Assembly (NCBI GenBank): GCA_031414955.1
Contig: JANOQV010000156.1
Location: 1 to 31,103, forward strand
Origin: Pedosphaera sp.
GTDB taxonomy: Bacteria; Verrucomicrobiota; Verrucomicrobiia; Limisphaerales; SIBH01
Direction: 5' to 3'
DNA: 31,103 nucleotides
Each line of letters starts with the position of its first letter. Positions within the stretch are counted from its first letter, which is position 1. Shown here piece after piece: positions 26,401 to 31,103 of the stretch. The notes under the pieces were generated by a model. That model did no database searches. It was not told where the DNA came from and saw only the letters and a program-made list of their open reading frames with translations. The translations under genes and the position numbers were made by a program.

Positions 26401-29021
26401 CGGATACCTTCAGTGTGCGCTGGAGCGGCCTGCTGCTCGCGCCCGAAACCGCGAGCTACCTGTTCTCGACCCTCAACAGCGACGGCGTCCGGCTCTACGT
26501 GAACGGCGTGCAGGTGATCGATGACTTCGTGGATCACACGACGCGATGGAACGACGGCACGCCCATCGCGCTGACGGCGGGCCAGCCCTACGAAGTGCAA
26601 ATGGATTACTACGAGAACACCGGCTCGGCGGTGGCGAAGCTCAAGTGGACGGGGCCATCCTTCGCCGGATCGAACGGCGTGATCATCGGCCGCGAGTGGC
26701 TGTTCGATGGCACGGGCGTTTCGAATCACGCGGCCATCGCCTATCCGCAGAGCGTGACGATGCTGCAAAACACCACGCGGGCCATCGGGCTGACCGGCGC
26801 GGGAAATCCTCCGGGCTACGCCATCGTGACGTCGCCGGTGAATGGCGCGCTCACCGGCACGCCGCCCAACGTGACCTACACCCCGGCGACAAATTTCAGC
26901 GGGACGGACAGCTTCACTTTTCTCGTCAACAACGGCCTTAGCAACTCGGCCCCGGCCACGGTGTCCATCGGCGTTTGGGCCGGGCTGCCGGTTTCGTTTT
27001 ATTGGACCAACCTTTTGTCCGGCAACTGGAGCGTCGCCGCCAACTGGACCAATTCGACCGGCGTGCCGGGCGCGCCCGCAGCTACAGGGCAGCCGTTCTA
27101 CAATCTGAACTTCAACCGCGCTGGCACCTACACCGTGACCAACGATTTGAACCACGGGTTTCAACTGAACCAGCTCAACGTCGCCGCCACGGTGACGTTC
27201 GACGGCGCGAACGCCCCGGCCTTCACCGGCAATGGCCCCATCCGGCCGCAGCTCAACCAGAACAGCGTCAACGCGGTTACGTTCAACGCGCCGGTCATCC
27301 TCGCGGCCATGACCAGCCTGGGCGGATCGGGTGCCGGGCCGGTGACAATCCACAGCATCATTTCCGGCACGGGCGGTCTGACCATGAACAACGAGGGAAC
27401 GCTGACGCTCAACTACGGCACGAACACTTACAGCGGCGGCACCATCCTCAATGCCGGCACCGTCACCTTTCCCGCTTTCGCCTCCAGCGCGATGTCGATC
27501 CTCGGTACAGGGCTGTTGACAATCAACAGCGGAGCCACGCTCGCCTGCAACCGAACTTACTTCGCGAACAGCGTCACGCTGAACGGCGGGATCATCACGG
27601 CGGGCAATTCTTTCGTTTCGACCTTCGCCGGGCCGGTCACCCTGGGCGGGATTCCGACCTTTGATATAGCGGGCAACTTTTCCATCTCGGGCAACATGAG
27701 CGGGCCGGGCGGCTTGCTTAAAACCGGTAACAGCTCGTTGAGCGTCTCCGGCACGAACACCTTCACCGGGGCCACCTTCGTCACAGACGGCACCTTGACC
27801 TTCAGCAAATCCGTCTCCGTCGGCAGCGGCGCTTTGCACATCGACGACGGCGCGGTGGTGAACTTGAATTTCACCGGCAACCGCACCATCGCCGCGTTAA
27901 TCCTCGGCGGCACGAACCAGCTCGACGGCACTTACGGCGGCACTAATTCCCCCGCGACCATCAAGGACCCGCACTTCACCGGCACCGGCACGGTCACGGT
28001 GAACGCGGTGAATGAACCGCCGTCGTCGTGCGTGCTCACGTCGCCGACGAACGGCCAGTTCGTCGCGCTGCCGCCCACGCTCACCGCCACCGCCACCGAC
28101 CCAGATCTCAATCTGGCGCGCGTCAGTTTCTACGCTGATGGCAGCGAGGTGGGCGAGGATACGTCCGCGCCCTACAGCTTCACCTGGAGCAACGCGACCG
28201 CCGGAGTCCATTCGATCTTCGCCGTCGCCATCGACACCGGCGGACAGCGGCTGACCTCGGTCGTGGCGAACGTGACGTTGACCTTCGCGATGAGCAACGC
28301 GTTCGTGCCGGCCGGCGCGGTGTGGCGTTACTTCGACAAAACCAACGACCTCGGCACCGCCTGGCGCAGCAACTCCTTCAGCGACGTGACGTGGAGCAAC
28401 GGTCCCGCGCGCCTTGGCTTTGGCAATGATGGCGAAGTCACCAAAGTCGCGAGCAACCGGCAATGGACGACCTACTTCCGCCGCGCGCTCTACGTCCCCG
28501 ACCCGGCGTTCGTGCAAACCTTCGCCGCCCGCCTCACTCGCGACGACGCCGCGGTGGTGTATTTGAACGGCGCGGAAATCTGGCGCGACTCCAACCTGCC
28601 CGCCGGCTTCATCACCAACCAGACGCCGGCCCTCGCCTCCATCGCCGGCGAAACCAACTGGGTCGCCCTCAACCTTCCGCCCTCGACCCTCACCCTGCTC
28701 ACGCCCGGCTGGAACCTGCTTGCCGCCGAAGTTCACCAGTCGGCGCTCACCAGCAGCGACCTCGGTTTCAATTTGGAACTGACCGGCACGGTCGTCCTCG
28801 CGCAACCGCCCGAGTTGAGCGCGACCCTCGCCGGCTCCAGCCTTGTCCTCACCGCGCCCGACACTGCGAATTACTTCACGCTCCACTCCGCCACCAACCT
28901 CGCGCCGCCCGTGGTGTGGACGCTCGCCACGAACACCGTCGTCTTTTCCAACAACCAGTGGCGCGTGACGCTGCCCGCCGCGACGAACGGCCAGCGTTTC
29001 TACCGGCTGCAATCGCCGTGA
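23499..29021 (+). CDS. 1840-aa secreted modular protein: DUF6288-type N-terminal region, HEAT repeats, Ig-like domains, PA14, autotransporter-associated beta-strand repeats, C-terminal domain
   Basis: Signal peptide. YSLGPTGMRGWI, W.Y..FLAEY.L.TGD, YG.VNSAG, IPYGEH and GHTG are recalled as DUF6288-type. LNDPDVWVRAKAA is HEAT; HGTLTGTAPNLTYTP..DSFTF occurs twice; GLKGEYF..NFDWG..FSVRW is PA14; NTYSGGT and NTFTGAT are PATR; DTSAPYSFTW is Ig-like. Confidence 0.82.
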   Translation: MKIQSCFRFRFVLLALVWLLGASGFVRAAAPDLTAANLPAIDTTYNYSLGPTGMRGWIYRNTGNDVGAQGLMSAASPWQILVVAVGANTPAAGIMASNDVILGVSAGAGNLPVPLFTNDSRKSLGWAIGAAEAGDGVLNLKRWRAGVTNDVAIQLPLSNIAYSATAPFDCPKSALILSNAGNIISNKNFNAGAPGDPTLGLALLASGNTNYLAKARTYARSIAPTNLSLRFVPGQSTRGEGLWIWDYGYRGVFLAEYFLLTGDTNVLHGLNEYAVALAQAQSRYGTFGHGGAVLKANGEFHGTIPPYGPVNSAGLVANMAIVLWKKAAVAGGHEVDPEINPAIERAAKFFAYYVQKGNIPYGEHEPWYEHAGNGKESAAALMFTLMGDRPAETEYWTRMVVAGYNGREYGHTGQGFSYLWGAMAANVGGTNAVAAYLKEIRWHLDLSRRSDGSFTYDGVEQYGGSATYDYWSNASYYGIDPTASYVLTYALAKQKLLITGRNANPTNWFSTTVVSNAIWAGTFDRLHPTYSSNELVAALSEYDPLVRRWAAIGLGTRFPASASSLILMAGSTNAFLREAACQALGVIANPSALTVLGERLNDPDVWVRAKAAVALRNYSPAAFSPLVTNMLTAFITNATDPNVIVWDDPLQNANRHLSMALFGNGVPDGSPGNNVASYTITANTNLLYPAVRVGLQQPDSHPRVGVASFALNRLTLTHVKYLLPDLFEVAAVPSQADTMWSMDARGLGISTLAKHKVAEAVPLALSILVTPEGFGWNDEGFKIPALRALTNYGDSVRWTLPVLRDHSETWEPTSSEFVTLNTSIAGIDSAIISPATITNLHPVAHSQVVITTNAKAITLGGFSWRTATVSFTNITAPAHGTLTGTAPNLTYTPTGGYTGPDSFTFQVSDSVSNSPSATVSLIVGTPAGTGLKGEYFDNADFTTLRFSRTDPQVNFDWGTGSPSNTIAADTFSVRWSGLLLAPETASYLFSTLNSDGVRLYVNGVQVIDDFVDHTTRWNDGTPIALTAGQPYEVQMDYYENTGSAVAKLKWTGPSFAGSNGVIIGREWLFDGTGVSNHAAIAYPQSVTMLQNTTRAIGLTGAGNPPGYAIVTSPVNGALTGTPPNVTYTPATNFSGTDSFTFLVNNGLSNSAPATVSIGVWAGLPVSFYWTNLLSGNWSVAANWTNSTGVPGAPAATGQPFYNLNFNRAGTYTVTNDLNHGFQLNQLNVAATVTFDGANAPAFTGNGPIRPQLNQNSVNAVTFNAPVILAAMTSLGGSGAGPVTIHSIISGTGGLTMNNEGTLTLNYGTNTYSGGTILNAGTVTFPAFASSAMSILGTGLLTINSGATLACNRTYFANSVTLNGGIITAGNSFVSTFAGPVTLGGIPTFDIAGNFSISGNMSGPGGLLKTGNSSLSVSGTNTFTGATFVTDGTLTFSKSVSVGSGALHIDDGAVVNLNFTGNRTIAALILGGTNQLDGTYGGTNSPATIKDPHFTGTGTVTVNAVNEPPSSCVLTSPTNGQFVALPPTLTATATDPDLNLARVSFYADGSEVGEDTSAPYSFTWSNATAGVHSIFAVAIDTGGQRLTSVVANVTLTFAMSNAFVPAGAVWRYFDKTNDLGTAWRSNSFSDVTWSNGPARLGFGNDGEVTKVASNRQWTTYFRRALYVPDPAFVQTFAARLTRDDAAVVYLNGAEIWRDSNLPAGFITNQTPALASIAGETNWVALNLPPSTLTLLTPGWNLLAAEVHQSALTSSDLGFNLELTGTVVLAQPPELSATLAGSSLVLTAPDTANYFTLHSATNLAPPVVWTLATNTVVFSNNQWRVTLPAATNGQRFYRLQSP

Positions 29022-29046
29022 GATTGTGGTAAATCATCCTCACCGA

Positions 29047-31103
29047 ATGTATTCAATCTCTCGTTACACACTGATCCTTGGCGGGCTGTTTCATTTCTTG
29101 GCGACGGCGGGTTTTTCCGCCGAGCCGCCGGCCAATCTGGTGACGAACCCAGGCTTCGAGCAGGGCGTGGTGCCGTGGGCGGCCCGCGGGCCGGCGACGT
29201 TGCTCGTGAGCACCCAGGCGCACACCGGTGCGAGTGCGGCGTGGGTGACGAACCGGACGGCCACCTGGCAGGGCGCGGCGCAGTCGCTGCTGGGGAGGAT
29301 GCGGCCGGGCGGAAGCTATTTCTGCGCGGCGTGGGCGCGGGCGGAGAGCATCACCAACCAGTCGTTAAAGCTGTCGTTCGAACAGCGCGATGCCGCGGGC
29401 ACGCGCTTCTTCAACGTGGCGAGCACGACGGTCACAAACAACGCGTGGACTTATCTCTCGGGCATTTTTTCGCTGAACGTCACGGGCGCGTTGAGCGACA
29501 TCACCGTTTATGTCGAAGGCCCGGCGGCGGGCGTGCCATTGCGCGTCGATAACGTGGCGGTGGTGCCGCTCGCCGGATACCGACGGGCGGCGGCGGGCCG
29601 CAGCGTGCTGCTGGGCGGCGTGGGCGGCTCGGCCATCAACAACGATGTGCCTTTCGGGCGCGTGGTCGGAACGGACTTCCACATCGCGGGCACGGAGAAC
29701 GCGCTGAAGTTCAGTTCGCTCCATCCCGGTTCGAACACCTATTCCTTCAGCGGCGCGGATGCGATTCTCGATCACGCCACGGCGCACGGTCAACTGGCGC
29801 GCGGGCACACGCTGCTCTGGCACGGCAGCGTGCCAAACTGGGTGGTGAGCAATGCGTGGACGACGACTCAGTTGCAGACCTTTGCCTTCGAGCACATCGA
29901 CACGGTGGTGAACCGCTATCGCGACCGCGTTTACTGCTGGGACGTGGTGAACGAGGCGTTCAATGACAACGGCACCCTCCGTAGTACGGTCTGGTACGAC
30001 TCGCCGGGCATTGGTTACGCGGGGCAGGGAACGAAATACATCGAGGAGGCCTTCAAGCGCACCCGCGCTGCCGACCCGGACTGCGAATTGTTCTACAACG
30101 ATTACAGCGCCGAGACGGACAACGCGAAGTCGGACGCGATTTATGCGATGGCGCAGGATTTCATCGCGCGCGGCGTGCCCATCGACGGCATCGGGTTTCA
30201 ATTTCATCTCAGCGGCACGCCCAGCCTCAGCTCAATGCGCGCAAATTTTCAGCGCTTCAACGACCTCGGCCTGAAGCTGCACCTCACCGAGTTGGACGTG
30301 CGCGTGCCGGTGGACTCGAACGGCGTGGCGACCGCCGCCGCGCTCGCGTCGCAAGCCGACACCTACTTCAACGTGGTGGGCACGGCGCTGGCGTTTCCGC
30401 GCACCACCGTGGTGCAGACGTGGGGCTTCAGCGACCGCTACTCGTGGATTCCCGGATTCTCGCCAGGCAACGGCGCGGCGCTGACGCTGGATGAGGACTT
30501 CAATCGCAAGCCCGCCTGGTGGGCGTTGCACGACGTGCTGGCGAATCAGGCGGAGACACTCGCGGTCGTCGCGCAATCAGCCGGCGACTCGTCGGCACTC
30601 GTGTCGAGCACTTCGTTCAGCGCGGGGTCTGCGCGACAATTCCAGGCCAACGCGGCGAATGATTTCATCACGCTGGCCACCGAGGTGCCTTACCCCGGCG
30701 AATACAGTGTGCGCGTCGGCGTGCGGAAGAATACTGCGAGCGGACAATTTCAACTGGCGGTCACGCGCAGTCCGGGCGGCGCGTTTGTGAATCTCGGCGC
30801 GGTGCAGGACACCTACGCGGCGGCGACGAGCTACAACGAATTGAACCTCGGCAGCTTCACCTTTACTGGCGCGGGCACGAACTCGTTCCGCTTCACCGTC
30901 GCCGGCAAGAACGCGAGCAGCACCGACTTCGACATCGCGCTGGATTACCTGCGCCTCACGCCGACGGGCGCGGGCGGCAATCAGCCCCCATCACTCACGT
31001 CGCTCGTTAATCAGGGTGTGAACGAAGGCGAAAGCGTCGGGCCGCTGACGTTCGCCGTGTCGGACCTTGAGACCACCGAGTCGGCGCTCACCATCACGCT
31101 GGT
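29047..31103 (+). CDS. GH10 endo-1,4-beta-xylanase with N-terminal CBM4/9/22-like domain, then CBM6/35-like and cadherin/Ig-like domains; 3' end outside window
   Basis: Absent from the ORF track because it has no stop in the window. ATG 29047: MYSISRYTLILGG..NLVTNPGFEQG..NRTATWQG; TENALKF, RGHTLLWH, WDVVNE (acid/base), LFYNDY, IDGIGFQFH, LTELD (nucleophile), WGFSDRYSW. Confidence 0.93.
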   Translation, partial: MYSISRYTLILGGLFHFLATAGFSAEPPANLVTNPGFEQGVVPWAARGPATLLVSTQAHTGASAAWVTNRTATWQGAAQSLLGRMRPGGSYFCAAWARAESITNQSLKLSFEQRDAAGTRFFNVASTTVTNNAWTYLSGIFSLNVTGALSDITVYVEGPAAGVPLRVDNVAVVPLAGYRRAAAGRSVLLGGVGGSAINNDVPFGRVVGTDFHIAGTENALKFSSLHPGSNTYSFSGADAILDHATAHGQLARGHTLLWHGSVPNWVVSNAWTTTQLQTFAFEHIDTVVNRYRDRVYCWDVVNEAFNDNGTLRSTVWYDSPGIGYAGQGTKYIEEAFKRTRAADPDCELFYNDYSAETDNAKSDAIYAMAQDFIARGVPIDGIGFQFHLSGTPSLSSMRANFQRFNDLGLKLHLTELDVRVPVDSNGVATAAALASQADTYFNVVGTALAFPRTTVVQTWGFSDRYSWIPGFSPGNGAALTLDEDFNRKPAWWALHDVLANQAETLAVVAQSAGDSSALVSSTSFSAGSARQFQANAANDFITLATEVPYPGEYSVRVGVRKNTASGQFQLAVTRSPGGAFVNLGAVQDTYAAATSYNELNLGSFTFTGAGTNSFRFTVAGKNASSTDFDIALDYLRLTPTGAGGNQPPSLTSLVNQGVNEGESVGPLTFAVSDLETTESALTITL

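Noticed and set aside
25965..29012. Long minus-strand ORFs (624 and 371 aa) and similar shadows over the GH128, ATPase and GH10 genes
   Set aside because: Fully overlap convincing plus-strand genes and are explained by codon bias.

Overview
GC-rich bacterial chromosomal window; gene content and protein style (DUF6288-type protein, membrane-anchored ECF sigma factor, secreted modular proteins ending in R-F-[YV]-R-L) suggest Verrucomicrobiota/PVC (inference, no marker gene present). Left to right: 3' end of an arylsulfatase, an internally deleted sulfatase remnant, a modular GH128-type glycoside hydrolase, a DegT-family aminotransferase, an M48 lipoprotein peptidase, a secreted CotH-type kinase, a large secreted carboxypeptidase-regulatory-like/thioredoxin-like protein, an ECF sigma factor-TM-CotH kinase fusion, a tiny prepilin-like ORF, a compact four-gene type VII secretion-like cluster (two WXG100-like proteins, a helical protein, an EssC/EccC-like FtsK ATPase) followed by a low-GC PD-(D/E)xK nuclease, a truncated beta-propeller gene, a PAS-AraC regulator, a 1840-aa DUF6288-type protein and a CBM-GH10 xylanase that runs off the window. 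Several palindromic intergenic repeats; no rRNA, tRNA, CRISPR array or transposase seen. Most notable: the minimal T7SS-like cluster in an apparently diderm host, and the sigma-kinase fusion locus. All family calls come from reading motifs by eye, not from database searches.
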